The position numbers and the translations under genes are program-made. The notes under the pieces were generated by a model, which was not told where the DNA came from, made no database searches, and saw nothing but the letters and a program-made list of their open reading frames with translations. This document shows positions 52,389 through 63,312 of a stretch of 64,000 nucleotides of DNA, one piece after another. The DNA comes from Opitutales bacterium (GTDB lineage: Bacteria > Verrucomicrobiota > Verrucomicrobiia > Opitutales > PNEW01): positions 1,152,001 through 1,216,000 of the forward strand of contig CBDANS010000006.1 of NCBI GenBank assembly GCA_965197745.1, in the 5' to 3' direction. The stretch's first letter is position 1, and the number at the start of each line of letters is the position of its first letter.

Positions 52389-53270
52389 TTAATGATTGTT
52401 TACAAATTTCTGCACCCGCATGCCTAAATTGACGTCCGATACGTAGACAGCTCCATCTTTTCCAACTGCTATATCATGACCCCAGTACAATTGGCCGTTG
52501 TATTTTCCAAAACGACCCCACGTTTCCAAAACGGCTCCATTTAAATCCATTTTCACGGCAACATTGCGTTCCGGCGGGGCCTCTTTGAGTTCACCTCCAT
52601 AGATTACGTAAAGATAACCATCATCTCCCACACTCATTCCCCAGGGTCTTCCGTTTTCTTTGCTAATCCATTCATAGAGGAACTCACCTTCACTATCGAA
52701 TACCTGGATCCTGCTATTTGACCGGTCGGCAACATATACCCTGTTTTTATTGTCTGAGGCAATCCCATGGGGTAAATTGAAGTCACCCGGGGTTTCCCCA
52801 AGTTGGCCCCATTCAGTAAGGTATTGCCCCTCTTTATTAAATTTGACCACGCGGTTATTACCATAACCATCAGATATATAAAAATCACCACTGGGAAGAA
52901 CGGTAACTCCTGTGGGGCCCCCTAAATGGTCATGATCGTCACCGTTGACCTCCTTTTCCCCTATTGTCATCAAGAGTTCTCCATCGTTGCTGAATTTATA
53001 AACTTGATGGTTTCCCGCATCAGTCACCCAGAGGTTATCCTCGGAATCGACTTCAATATCATGGAGGTTATTGAACAAGGTGTCGTCCCAGGATACAACC
53101 TGTTCTCCAGTTTCACCGTCAAAAGCGCGCACTTTGTTGGCGCCGCGATGAGAAATAAACACACGATTGTGAGAATCAACACTGACACCGGTCACCTGAC
53201 CTAAAGAATCGTTTTCCGGCAGTTGTGGCCAACCATGGACCACTTGATAGTTATCGTTAGAATTATCCAT
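52389..53270 (-). CDS. NHL-repeat peptidyl-alpha-hydroxyglycine alpha-amidating lyase family
   Basis: SDGYGNNRV, FNLPHGI, YVADRSNSRIQVF. Confidence 0.9.
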   Translation of the reverse strand: MDNSNDNYQVVHGWPQLPENDSLGQVTGVSVDSHNRVFISHRGANKVRAFDGETGEQVVSWDDTLFNNLHDIEVDSEDNLWVTDAGNHQVYKFSNDGELLMTIGEKEVNGDDHDHLGGPTGVTVLPSGDFYISDGYGNNRVVKFNKEGQYLTEWGQLGETPGDFNLPHGIASDNKNRVYVADRSNSRIQVFDSEGEFLYEWISKENGRPWGMSVGDDGYLYVIYGGELKEAPPERNVAVKMDLNGAVLETWGRFGKYNGQLYWGHDIAVGKDGAVYVSDVNLGMRVQKFVNNH

Positions 53271-53434
53271 GATATTTACTTTTCAAATTATTTGTGAAGA
53301 GATTTTTTTAAGTAATTGGGAAGTCTATACTATAGCGAGATAAATTTAATGGAGTTTGGCTATTATTTTTCTGGCAGAAATGCGATCTTACGACAGACTA
53401 TGCCTTAGCCTGTATCAATCATTTCCCTACGTGT

Positions 53435-54451
53435 ATGCCGACAGAATCCACCGCAAAACAAATCTACGACGAGGCCATCATTATCGATGCCTTGAATGTG
53501 AGTAACTGGGACAGCCCAGCTGTATTTGAGAGCTTGGGAGCCGGGCGTGTCACGGCGATCAATGCCACCCTGGTGACATGGGAAAATTATCAGCAAACGA
53601 TGGATCACATCGCGAAGTGGAAGGGTATTTTCAACGAGCGACGAGAGATGCTTATGCAAATATTGTCGGTCGACGACATCATGAAAGCCAAAAAAGAGGA
53701 GAAAGTGGGGGTCATCTTAGGGTGGCAGAACGCGACGCCCATTGAGAATGATTTACGGCGAATAGAATTGTTTCGTGACCTGGGCATTCTTATTATGCAA
53801 CTTACATTTCACGAGCGAAATTTTATTGGCAATGGATGTTTCGAGCGACGTGATGATGGATTAAGCAACTTTGGTGTTGACGCGGTGCGCGAAATGAACC
53901 GCTTGGGTATCCTCATTGATCTCTCCCATTCCGGCGAAAGCACGACAATAGAGACTATCGAGATGTCCAGTAAACCGGTGGCTTTTACGCACGCCCATGC
54001 CCGCAGCTTTTGTGATCACCCGCGAAACAAGACTGATGAAGCCCTTACCCTCCTGGCAGAGCGAGGTGGTGTCATCGGAACCCCGGCATTCAACATGTTT
54101 CTCCCCTCCGGACGCGCATCAACGATTGATGATTTCATTGTTGCCATCGATTATCTGGTCCAGCGTATTGGTGTCGAACATGTAGGTATTGGAACAGACT
54201 TTACCCAGGACCAGCCGCAGGTGTTCTGGGATTACATCGGCGCCCAGCAGGGGACAAAGCTGCCATCCACCTTCTACGAATCTACTGAGGATCACTACAA
54301 ACTACCGCATTCCCCGAAGGGTCTGGAAACGCCGGATAAATTACCCGATGTCGCTGACGCACTGATGGCGCGCGGCTACCATTCATCGGATATTGTCAAG
54401 ATTATGGGCGGTAACTGGCTGCGCCTGTTTCGTGAGGTTTGGACCGCGTAA
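53435..54451 (+). CDS. Membrane dipeptidase (M19) family
   Basis: IDLSH, FTH, HPRNK.D, GIGTDF. Confidence 0.92.
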   Translation: MPTESTAKQIYDEAIIIDALNVSNWDSPAVFESLGAGRVTAINATLVTWENYQQTMDHIAKWKGIFNERREMLMQILSVDDIMKAKKEEKVGVILGWQNATPIENDLRRIELFRDLGILIMQLTFHERNFIGNGCFERRDDGLSNFGVDAVREMNRLGILIDLSHSGESTTIETIEMSSKPVAFTHAHARSFCDHPRNKTDEALTLLAERGGVIGTPAFNMFLPSGRASTIDDFIVAIDYLVQRIGVEHVGIGTDFTQDQPQVFWDYIGAQQGTKLPSTFYESTEDHYKLPHSPKGLETPDKLPDVADALMARGYHSSDIVKIMGGNWLRLFREVWTA

Positions 54452-54507
54452 TCTTAAAAGAGTCCATTGACAAAAAAAATCCTTCTAAACCTACAGTTGA
54501 ATAAGCA

Positions 54508-55548
54508 ATGACCAAAAATTTTAAAGTTGGTATTACAAGAGATTCACTGGGTGATGACGGTAAATTAAATTATAAAGATCTGGGTCTTGATATTCTGGAT
54601 CGCGCTGAAAACGTCTCCTATTCGTTCCTCGACAAGTTTGAACCTGTGATGCCACCAGAATATATAAAGGATGTGGACGGAATGATAACGTTATCACCAA
54701 GCTATAACAAAAGCACCTTTACGGGTGGAGCCGAGCGCTTGATAGCGCTCGCCCGGCTCGGGGTCGGTTATGACAACGTCGATGTAGAGGCCTGTAATGA
54801 TTCGAACGTAGCTCTCTTTACAGCGAGAGGCACCGTGAACTACCCTATGGCAGAAGCGACGATTGGATGGATGCTTGCACTGAATCATCATATATTCATT
54901 AAAGACAACCTCGTGCGCACCGGGAATTGGGGTGACCGAAATCTTTATATGGGCACCGAGCTCCGTGACCGCACCATGGGAATTGTCGGGGTCGGTGGCA
55001 TTGGGGGGACTATCGTCCATCTTTTAAAAACATTCAAAATGAAGGAAACACTCGCTTACGATCCGTATTTGAGCGAAGAGCAGGCAACGAAACTCGGGGT
55101 TACACAAGTCGACCTTAATACCTTGATGCGTGAATCTGACTATATCTCGGTCAATTGCCCATTAGTAGAAGAGACGCGTAACCTTATCGATGCTGAACAG
55201 CTCGCGATGATGAAGCCGACCGCTTATTTAATCACGACTGCTCGCGGAGGCATCGTCAACGAATCAGCTTTAGTCGAGGTTCTTCAGAAAAAGAAAATCG
55301 CAGGCGCTGCCGTCGATGTATTTGAAGAGGAGCCGACAGGGGAAAACCATCCCTACGCTGAACTGGATAATGTTATCCTCGCGCCCCACGCGATTGGATG
55401 GACAGACGAGTTATTCCGCGATATGGGAAGAATGTGTTGCTCGCAAATGGTAACACTGGCTAAAGCTGAGATACCCGAGGGGTTGATAAATACGGAAGTA
55501 TTAGAGAACCCCGGATTCCAGGAAAAGCTGGAGCGGTTTAAGGAGTAA
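54508..55548 (+). CDS. D-isomer-specific 2-hydroxyacid dehydrogenase
   Basis: GVGYDNVD, GxGxxG, TARG, DVFEEEP, APH. Confidence 0.92.
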   Translation: MTKNFKVGITRDSLGDDGKLNYKDLGLDILDRAENVSYSFLDKFEPVMPPEYIKDVDGMITLSPSYNKSTFTGGAERLIALARLGVGYDNVDVEACNDSNVALFTARGTVNYPMAEATIGWMLALNHHIFIKDNLVRTGNWGDRNLYMGTELRDRTMGIVGVGGIGGTIVHLLKTFKMKETLAYDPYLSEEQATKLGVTQVDLNTLMRESDYISVNCPLVEETRNLIDAEQLAMMKPTAYLITTARGGIVNESALVEVLQKKKIAGAAVDVFEEEPTGENHPYAELDNVILAPHAIGWTDELFRDMGRMCCSQMVTLAKAEIPEGLINTEVLENPGFQEKLERFKE

Positions 55549-55664
55549 TTGCAAAGCGTGCTAGGGACAGCCCGCTCCACCTTGTTTGGCAATAATTATG
55601 ATGCATAATTGTTTAGGAGTAGAAGTAATAAAGACAAAGAGGCAGACGAAGACGAAGATTTAGG

Positions 55665-56591
55665 TTACGGATCCATCCCTTCGGGCATAAAAGTTTCTAC
55701 GAGGGCATAACGGTGATGACCGGGTTCTTGTGGCCATCCACGATGGGCGCAGCGCTGAAAAGTCATGGCGAAGTCACCGGCTTTGCCGAGAAATTTGATC
55801 TCCCTCTTGCGGTCCCAGAAGTTATAATTCGACCCATTCGACTGTCCTGACCGTTCGGCAATTTCGATGTTGCATTGACGTATTTCCAGGTTGTCATGCG
55901 TGCCGCGCGCGAAGCAATAAGGTCCATCAGCCGGAGAATCCACATCATCAAGATAGAGGAACGCTTTTACTTTATCACCGAATCCATCGGCGTGGAAGCC
56001 ACGCGTCTCGGTTATATTTCTATTTATGTATATATTAAACAGCCGTGAGACATAAGGCTTCCCTGATACGCTCCTTAATACTTTAAGAATAAAATCCTTT
56101 CGCTCTTTATTATTGAAGGTTTCGTGACATTCGGGAAAAAGCGGGTCCGCACGGAAAATATCAACCAGACCGTCATCACCCGGAGGTCCGATATGCCCTG
56201 CCCTGACATTAATTATCGGTCTCCCGTAATTAAATAAAGTGGTGGGATTGGCTTTCTTCCCTCCTGGAATGTTTTCGAAAGTACAATTTAGAAAGTAATC
56301 TTCAGTCTCATCATCCGTGCAATTGGCAATATGGGAAGCGACTTTCTCCCCGCCAAGGAGTGATTCCAGTTTAAAGCGAAGCGTTTGGACTTCGTCTTTA
56401 GAAACAAAATTTCTTAAGATGAGACCGCCATTGCCGGACATACTGCGACAGGTTTTGTCGAAGAGTGAATCTCGATCCTTCTCCTCCTCCCAGTTAAAAT
56501 CATGTTCGGGAAACTCTGCCGGTACGGCTTGTCCTTCACTCATTTTATCAGCCAGTTTATCGACCAGATAATTTATGATATCCACGCTCAT
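55665..56591 (-). CDS. PhyH-like 2OG-Fe(II) dioxygenase
   Basis: FHAD, KAFLYLDDV...GP, HRG. Confidence 0.8.
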   Translation of the reverse strand: MSVDIINYLVDKLADKMSEGQAVPAEFPEHDFNWEEEKDRDSLFDKTCRSMSGNGGLILRNFVSKDEVQTLRFKLESLLGGEKVASHIANCTDDETEDYFLNCTFENIPGGKKANPTTLFNYGRPIINVRAGHIGPPGDDGLVDIFRADPLFPECHETFNNKERKDFILKVLRSVSGKPYVSRLFNIYINRNITETRGFHADGFGDKVKAFLYLDDVDSPADGPYCFARGTHDNLEIRQCNIEIAERSGQSNGSNYNFWDRKREIKFLGKAGDFAMTFQRCAHRGWPQEPGHHRYALVETFMPEGMDP

Positions 56592-56714
56592 ACTAGAGGG
56601 ATGGGGACGAGTAATGGGTTTATGCTTAAATATATTGACGTAATATAAATAAAATCAGCTTATTAGGCTAGAGAAAGTAGCTTGTTTAAAAAACAATTCA
56701 CGTTGGTCAACGCC

Positions 56715-57500
56715 ATGATCACTAAAGAACAGATAGCGCACTTCGAAACCTTTGGTTTTCTCGTACTGAGGCAGGCATTTTCACCAGATGAAATGGAGAA
56801 AATGATTTGCGATTTTGATTACATGATCGAAAAACTAAAACTGAGAGATGAGAACGCGGGCGCGGTATTGAGAACAGAATTATCGGGAGCGTTTATCGAG
56901 AAACATCCCTCATTGGCAAAACTTGCTGAGGATGACCGTATCTACGAGACAATCGAACAGTTACTGGGGCCAGGGTTTATCTGGACAGGATCCGAGGGCA
57001 TATTCGGCCGCAGTCTTGCCCCCTGGCATGCGGACCGACCAGGTAAAATCGAACTCAACTATATGACGATCAAGGTTCATTTATACCTTGATCCGACAAC
57101 GAAAGCATCCTGTGCCCTGCGTGTTATCCCGGGTTCTCACCGTTCGCCTTTCCACGAAATTCTTAAACCGATATTCTCATCTGGAAAAAATCCTGACGCA
57201 CAACCCTACGGAGTGGAGGGGAAGGAAGTCCCCTCGTACCCATTTGAATCCAATCCAGGTGATGTAATATTCTTCAACCAGTGTCTTTTGCACTCGGTGT
57301 ATGGCAATTTAGAAAATGAACGTCGCTATATTGCGCTGAAATTCGGGGAGAGGATTAAGAATGATGACGACATCGCCACATTGCTGCGGTATAAATCAGA
57401 CGGGATAATATTCCGGCCCCATGAAGCGTTTGTAAAAAGTGACAGTGCGCGGATTCGGGGAATGGTGGAAAGCCTCGTCAAGCATGGGGAAAAAGTCTAA
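56715..57500 (+). CDS. Phytanoyl-CoA dioxygenase family protein
   Basis: FETFGFLV, WHAD, VIPGSH, LLHS. Confidence 0.9.
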   Translation: MITKEQIAHFETFGFLVLRQAFSPDEMEKMICDFDYMIEKLKLRDENAGAVLRTELSGAFIEKHPSLAKLAEDDRIYETIEQLLGPGFIWTGSEGIFGRSLAPWHADRPGKIELNYMTIKVHLYLDPTTKASCALRVIPGSHRSPFHEILKPIFSSGKNPDAQPYGVEGKEVPSYPFESNPGDVIFFNQCLLHSVYGNLENERRYIALKFGERIKNDDDIATLLRYKSDGIIFRPHEAFVKSDSARIRGMVESLVKHGEKV

Positions 57501-57526
57501 GGTTTAAATCTTCGTCTGCTTATTTA

Positions 57527-57773
57527 TTGTCATTGCGAGGGAGGTTATCAGCCGACCGCGGCTACCGATCCCCGCAACTGCAGGACGACATCTTTCAATC
57601 CAAGCGAATAATCATTATGTTTCCAGATACTAGATCTGGCACGGATCTTTCCAATGATCGTCAGTATCTTCGAATAATGCATTCGTATAACTGAGAGTTA
57701 ACCCTAACAACTAAGGACTTACTATACGCAACAGACATTGGCCTGGATTGCTTCGCTTTGCTCGCAATGACAA
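57527..57773. repeat. Palindromic element with 13-bp terminal IRs (GTCATTGCGAG type)
   Basis: TTGTCATTGCGAG ... GGATTGCTTCGCTTTGCTCGCAATGACAA between convergent genes. Confidence 0.75.
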
Positions 57774-57844
57774 AAGGGACAATAACGAAGAGTATTGGCA
57801 CCAATACTTATCAGGGTTCACCATGGAGCCTTGATTCGACTAAA

Positions 57845-59482
57845 CTATTTAAATTTAGAATACTCTACTTCCTTCTTCGTGATAAATTCCAGGAGTGCGG
57901 GTACGCCCTCCTGAGTTTGCTTAATTCCCCGTTGAATGGCAGGGATAATCTCATCTGGAGTCGTGATGCGCTCCCCATAGCCACCAAAGGATTTAGCCAT
58001 ATCAGCGTAATTTCCTGAAATATCGGTAGCCCGGTATTTTTCCGTGGAAACCGGCATAATGCCTATTTCGATAGCCATGGAGAAATTGTTAAAAAGTATC
58101 GAGAGGATAGGAATTTTTTCCCGGACGGCCGTCTCGAAATCCATCCCGGTGAATCCTATGGCGGCGTCTCCCCAAACGTTAATGCAAAGCTTATCCGGCA
58201 TCGACAACTTGGCACCCATCGCCAGACCCAGGCCATAACCGAGTTGGGTCGATTTGCCCCAGCCGATGTAAGAAAGCGGAGTTATCGGTGCCCAAAATGG
58301 GGTGATTTGATCCCGTGGACTTCCAGAATCGTGTGTGATTATCGTATTTGCCACGTCGACGGTGTGCATAAGATCCCATATCACCCTGTAGGGAGTTAAG
58401 GGCACTTCATCTGAAGTGAGCTTCGGCATCCATTTGCCCATCCATTCTGCTTTAACCGAATTAATCTCCTCGGTTACTTCATTGATACGCCCCCTTGGTT
58501 TTCCCTCTAAACGCTCTCGGATATTAGCAAGCAAGGCATTTAAAATCAGGCTGGCATCTCCAACCAGGGGATGATCAGCATCGATGTCTCTATTGATATC
58601 ATCAGGATCGATTGTAGAATGAATAATCGTTTTACCAAAGGGCAAAGGCACTCCGAATATGGTGTGACTGAAACTACAACCGATACCAAACACCACGTCT
58701 GCGTTATTTATAAAATCGTTTACGGCTTGAGGATAGGTATTGCCACCAGAACCCAGAGAGAGGGGATGGTTTTCAGGGAAAGCGCTTTTTCCTGCGAGGC
58801 TTGTGGTTACCGGTGCTTCGAGCAGTTCTGCCAGCTCTTTCAAATCTTGCCAGGCCTGAGCATAATGAACGCCTTGACCGGCGTAAATCACGGGCCGTTT
58901 AGCGTCTAATAATGCGCCGGCCGCTTGGTCTAGCGCTTCAAGATCGGGACCGGAACGAAAAGAGGATGTCGGGTGGTAATCGAGTGGCTCCGGTAATTCT
59001 TCATTAAAGAGATCGGCAGGAATTTCGACCAGAGCGGGACAGGGACGGCCATTCCTGACCGCAGAAAAAGCGCGACGCATGGCTGCCGGCAAGGCGGAAG
59101 CCAGCGTTATCTGTTCGCAGGACTTGGTAATTTCACGAAAATTAATAAGGGAAGAGAAGTTAGGTTGAACAAATGCATGCGCTCTCGAATTACCTGCCGG
59201 AAGCACAACAATGGGCACCGATTCCGCATAAGCTTGTGCCACACCGCCAAAGGCATTCTCCGTGCCGGGTCCATTTTGCATACAAAATACACCGATACGC
59301 TGTCCGGATGACATCCGGCTGAAAGCGTCGGCCATGTGAAGTCCAATCCTTTCCTGACGCACAATGATGGTGCGAATGTCCAGATTGGCGGCGGATTCGA
59401 TAATGGGATTTACGGGGTAGGCAAAAAGGATTTCCACCCCTTCGGCTTTGAGTATTTGCGCGATCGCGTCGACAACTTTCAT
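57845..59482 (-). CDS. Thiamine-diphosphate-requiring enzyme
   Basis: RQER..HMADAFSR, LGYGLGLAMGA, GDAA...NN. Confidence 0.92.
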   Translation of the reverse strand: MKVVDAIAQILKAEGVEILFAYPVNPIIESAANLDIRTIIVRQERIGLHMADAFSRMSSGQRIGVFCMQNGPGTENAFGGVAQAYAESVPIVVLPAGNSRAHAFVQPNFSSLINFREITKSCEQITLASALPAAMRRAFSAVRNGRPCPALVEIPADLFNEELPEPLDYHPTSSFRSGPDLEALDQAAGALLDAKRPVIYAGQGVHYAQAWQDLKELAELLEAPVTTSLAGKSAFPENHPLSLGSGGNTYPQAVNDFINNADVVFGIGCSFSHTIFGVPLPFGKTIIHSTIDPDDINRDIDADHPLVGDASLILNALLANIRERLEGKPRGRINEVTEEINSVKAEWMGKWMPKLTSDEVPLTPYRVIWDLMHTVDVANTIITHDSGSPRDQITPFWAPITPLSYIGWGKSTQLGYGLGLAMGAKLSMPDKLCINVWGDAAIGFTGMDFETAVREKIPILSILFNNFSMAIEIGIMPVSTEKYRATDISGNYADMAKSFGGYGERITTPDEIIPAIQRGIKQTQEGVPALLEFITKKEVEYSKFK

Positions 59483-59698
59483 ATATTTCGATAATTGTAA
59501 TTTATAAATAAATCAGCTTTCTGGCCTTCTAAGGATAACACTCAAAGACTAAGCCCCTGTTAATACAAGCGTGATTTCCTTAAAAATTTTGTGAATAGGG
59601 AAGAATTTATAGATAGACTCGTTTAGGGGATTAATTTATTAGTCTCACCTTTCGTGATTATTCCTCTATCATAACTCCAGAGAAAACCAGTATTAACA

Positions 59699-60877
59699 AT
59701 GAGCAAAATTAATCGGGTAGAAATTCACGAGTTTTCATTCGATATAGAGAACCTCGGGTTGGAGCAGGCGACTTCCGGTGTCGGCAACATGGCCTATGTC
59801 GCCGGTGATAAATTGAAAACGGTCCGCTATGCCGTTAATATAAAAACGGATGACGGGTTGCAGGGAGAATACGTCACACACTGGGGCGGAACGCTATCGT
59901 CCATGGCCCAGTCGAAAATGCTGGCGCCGCTACTCATCGGCCGGAATCCGGAAGAGCGTGAAATCATCTACGATGATCTGAAACGTGATATCAGAGCTTA
60001 TGATCATATGGGTCACGGGCCTCTCGACATCGCGCTCTGGGATCTCGTCGGAAAAATGTATAAGACCTCGGTAAAAAGTCTGCTCGGTGGTTTTCGCGAA
60101 CGCCTGCCCGTATATGCCAGCACTTATCATGGACAGCTCGGAGGAGGGGGTCTGGATTCCATAGAAGCTTTTGCGGACTTTGCCGAGGAGTGCAAGGAAA
60201 TGGGATTTTCCGGCTTTAAGATTCACGGATGGAACGACGGTGACGCAAACAAAGAAGCAGTAAATGTATTAAGTGTGCGCGCACGAGTAGGGGACAAGAT
60301 GAAACTGATGATTGATCCCGCCTGCGAGCTACGCACATGGAATGATGCGCTCTACGTTGGCCGGGCCTGCGATGAAGCTGACTATTTCTGGTACGAGGAC
60401 CCTTATCGTGACGCGGCGGTGTCTGCATTCGGGCACCAGCGACTGCGTGAAAAACTGCAAACGCCGCTTTTAATCAGTGAGCACGTGCGAGGGTTGGAGC
60501 AAAAAGCGAGTTTTCTTGTGAATGGTGGCTGCGATATGATTCATGCCGACCCGGAATATGATATGGGAATTACCGGAGTCATGAAAATTGCCCATTTTTG
60601 CGAGGCCCTCGGATTGGATGTTCAACTCCATGCCTGCGGGCCGGCACAACGAGTTGCCATGTCTGCGATCCGCAATACGCATCTGTATGAAATGGCATTG
60701 ATGGGACCAAAGATGCCAAACTCCGTGCCCCCTGTTTATCTGTGTGGCTATTCCGATCAACCGGGTGATCTGGGAGAAGATGGCTGTGTCCCCGTTCCGG
60801 ATGGACCGGGGATGGGCGTGGTCTACGACTGGGATTTCATTGAAAGAAATCGGACAGAGCACAGCGTTTTCGAATAG
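59699..60877 (+). CDS. Mandelate racemase/muconate lactonizing enzyme (enolase superfamily)
   Basis: DIALWDL, FKIH, LMID, WYEDP, PDGPGMG. Confidence 0.92.
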   Translation: MSKINRVEIHEFSFDIENLGLEQATSGVGNMAYVAGDKLKTVRYAVNIKTDDGLQGEYVTHWGGTLSSMAQSKMLAPLLIGRNPEEREIIYDDLKRDIRAYDHMGHGPLDIALWDLVGKMYKTSVKSLLGGFRERLPVYASTYHGQLGGGGLDSIEAFADFAEECKEMGFSGFKIHGWNDGDANKEAVNVLSVRARVGDKMKLMIDPACELRTWNDALYVGRACDEADYFWYEDPYRDAAVSAFGHQRLREKLQTPLLISEHVRGLEQKASFLVNGGCDMIHADPEYDMGITGVMKIAHFCEALGLDVQLHACGPAQRVAMSAIRNTHLYEMALMGPKMPNSVPPVYLCGYSDQPGDLGEDGCVPVPDGPGMGVVYDWDFIERNRTEHSVFE

Positions 60878-60895
60878 AAGATTCTCGCGACACCA

Positions 60896-61798
60896 CTATT
60901 TTAAAGATCGCTTCCCGAAATATTTTTTCCATTTGCTCAGGTTCTCGGACTCATTCCGGATAAAGTCTATGTTTTCCTCAATTTTATTCATGTAAGGGTT
61001 GACGCCATCGGGGTAGGGTTGCGCGAGATATTTATAGAGGCCATGGCACTCATCCTCTAATTTCGGAATGACGATATTTTCCCAAAAATACGGTGTGCTG
61101 CGAATGAGGTCCTCGTGGCTTTTAAAAATACGGTTATCACGAGGAATGTTACGGTAATCGTCGGATTCTTCAAATTCGCGGTAGAGCGATGACAGTTTAT
61201 TCATATAATGGTGATCGCTCATCTGTCCGAGATAATCGGCGGTGCAAATAGATTCCCCAACAATCCTTTCACGCGGATTGTTAAAAGGAACGGCATCAAT
61301 GATACTACGTGGTCCTGTGCAACTGATAAGATGTTGCACGATGAGAATATCGTAATTCGACCAATCTTTTTGCGTCAGGTAGAGCGCGGCCAGTTCACAA
61401 CTCCGTTGCTTGTGGACGAAAGTGTATTTAGCGCCTGTTCCCTCAGTTTCGCCCTGTTCTTTAAGAAAACCTATATCGTGAAGGAGAATAGCAAATAAAC
61501 CATTTTCAAAATCGTTGTCCTCTAAAACGGGGGTGACTTTCTGGAAATGTCGATTGGTTAATAATCGCAGCCAGCAGAGCGTTGCCAGTAATGTGTGTTC
61601 GAGATCATGATATACAGTATCGATTGCCTGGTATTCCCAGAAATTGCCCGAAAATATTTCATTAACGTCCGAAAAGAGCTGTGCAATCATTACCGAATCC
61701 GCATCGGGAAACGCGTCTCTTTGTGCTTCAATTACGGCCTTCTCTACGGCGCGGTAATCAGAGGTATTTATTTCATCCAGTGTGTAGTTTCTAAACAT
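60896..61798 (-). CDS. HD-domain metal-dependent phosphohydrolase
   Basis: YHDLEH, LLHDIG, ADYLGQM. Confidence 0.87.
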   Translation of the reverse strand: MFRNYTLDEINTSDYRAVEKAVIEAQRDAFPDADSVMIAQLFSDVNEIFSGNFWEYQAIDTVYHDLEHTLLATLCWLRLLTNRHFQKVTPVLEDNDFENGLFAILLHDIGFLKEQGETEGTGAKYTFVHKQRSCELAALYLTQKDWSNYDILIVQHLISCTGPRSIIDAVPFNNPRERIVGESICTADYLGQMSDHHYMNKLSSLYREFEESDDYRNIPRDNRIFKSHEDLIRSTPYFWENIVIPKLEDECHGLYKYLAQPYPDGVNPYMNKIEENIDFIRNESENLSKWKKYFGKRSLK

Positions 61799-61838
61799 CG
61801 CTCTTAATCCATAGACAAGACCATCAATTATTTAAATC

Positions 61839-62180
61839 TTATAATAAGCTATCGGTTTTTGCGGCCATAATAAAATCATTGCGATGCAACCCCCTGATTT
61901 TATGAGTCCACCAGGTAACGGTCACTTTTCCCCATTCGGTGAGAAGAGCAGGATGATGCCCTTCCGTTTCTGCCAAAGCACCCACATTATTCGTAAAGTC
62001 AAGGGCCTCGGCAAAATTTTTAAAGAGAAAGACCCGCTCTAATTGATTAATTCCGTTAGACTTAATCATATTCCAATTGGGGATCTGCGGATTCAGCTCG
62101 GCGATTTCCTCATCAGAGATGGTTGGCGCGCCTTTGCGGCATACCTCACAATTCAACTGTTTCAATTTGTGATTACCCAT
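61839..62180 (-). CDS. phhB: Pterin-4-alpha-carbinolamine dehydratase
   Basis: [31 protein letters not shown]. Confidence 0.95.
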   Translation of the reverse strand: MGNHKLKQLNCEVCRKGAPTISDEEIAELNPQIPNWNMIKSNGINQLERVFLFKNFAEALDFTNNVGALAETEGHHPALLTEWGKVTVTWWTHKIRGLHRNDFIMAAKTDSLL

Positions 62181-62311
62181 GGTTATAGGCTCATTTACTT
62201 TATATCTTGTAACACTACGATAAGATATTTAAATACACTATAAAATAGAAGCGATACTTGATTATGGCAAATGTCCATGAAGTGAATCTGTGAATTGGGT
62301 GGGGGATTAAT

Positions 62312-62602
62312 ATGAGCACTAAATCAGAGAAAAGCTATGTCGTCGCGGTCTCACTCTCAGGATTTTTTGGGTTTTTAGGTGTCCAGCATTTCTACCTGGG
62401 CAGGTACCTTGAAGGGTTAATCGATGTATTGCTGACGATAGCATGGCTCTATTACTTTATTGTCGAAAGACCGTTAATTGGACTCACCTATTTAGGGATC
62501 GATTTTTTGCACGCTTTTATTACAACTATTCTCTTACTAACAGGGTCGATGAAAGATGGTAAAGGCCATGTCGTCTGTTATCCAGGTCAAACACTAAAAT
62601 AA
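62312..62602 (+). CDS. TM2 domain protein
   Basis: GFLGVQHFYLG. Confidence 0.85.
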   Translation: MSTKSEKSYVVAVSLSGFFGFLGVQHFYLGRYLEGLIDVLLTIAWLYYFIVERPLIGLTYLGIDFLHAFITTILLLTGSMKDGKGHVVCYPGQTLK

Positions 62603-62615
62603 TAAAGGAAATAAT

Positions 62616-62846
62616 ATGAATGAAACTATCGCAAAAAGTGAAAAAGGATTTGTACCCACAATCCTCCTATGTTTTTTCTTGAGTTTTCTCGGCGTGCACC
62701 GTTTCTATGTGGGAAAAATCGGCACCGGTATATTAATGCTGATAACTATGGGTGCATTAGGAATATGGACCCTGGTTGACTTTATTATGATTGTCTGTGG
62801 ATCCTTTACGGACAAAGACGGATTACCGATAAAGCCCCAATCCTGA
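62616..62846 (+). CDS. TM2 domain protein
   Basis: LCFFL..LGVHRFYVGK, IWTLVD. Confidence 0.9.
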   Translation: MNETIAKSEKGFVPTILLCFFLSFLGVHRFYVGKIGTGILMLITMGALGIWTLVDFIMIVCGSFTDKDGLPIKPQS

Positions 62847-62879
62847 GCTCGGGGTCCCGTTACCCAGGACCTGGAGCTT
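62845..62879. terminator. Stem-loop between convergent genes (possible terminator)
   Basis: GAGCTCGGGGTCC-cgttaccca-GGACCTGGAGCTT. Confidence 0.4.
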
Positions 62880-63027
62880 GATGCGTTTCACTACGCTCAA
62901 CAGTAATTTCGTAAACAGCCGTGGGATCGATGCCCAACGTGTATTTATGGTTTTTGCTTATTAAAATTACGACCTAGCCAATGCATTTTTAAGATCGTTA
63001 TCATCAGATAGGCGGTGTTTCCCGCGG

Positions 63028-63312
63028 TTAAAGATCCGAGGTAAGTTCATCAAATTCTTCCACGGATAGCGCGGGCGATGATGAGATGGCAATACCTGTC
63101 AGTTTTGTCAATGTCACCGAGGCTAGAATAGCGTCGGTCAAATTCGGGAAATTAACGATAAATACTAAATCGTGCTCTCCCAGCAGAATATAATGGGCAA
63201 TGACTTCACCGCCGTTATTTTCGATCACATCCACGGCCCATTGCGTGCGCTCAGCGCTGATGCCTTTAATGGCGTCAGGGGTATATTTACCAAACATGAA
63301 GAATGTAGCCAT
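63028..63312 (-). CDS. GYD domain protein
   Basis: MATFFMFGKYT, GGEV...Y.LLGEHD. Confidence 0.88.
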   Translation of the reverse strand: MATFFMFGKYTPDAIKGISAERTQWAVDVIENNGGEVIAHYILLGEHDLVFIVNFPNLTDAILASVTLTKLTGIAISSSPALSVEEFDELTSDL

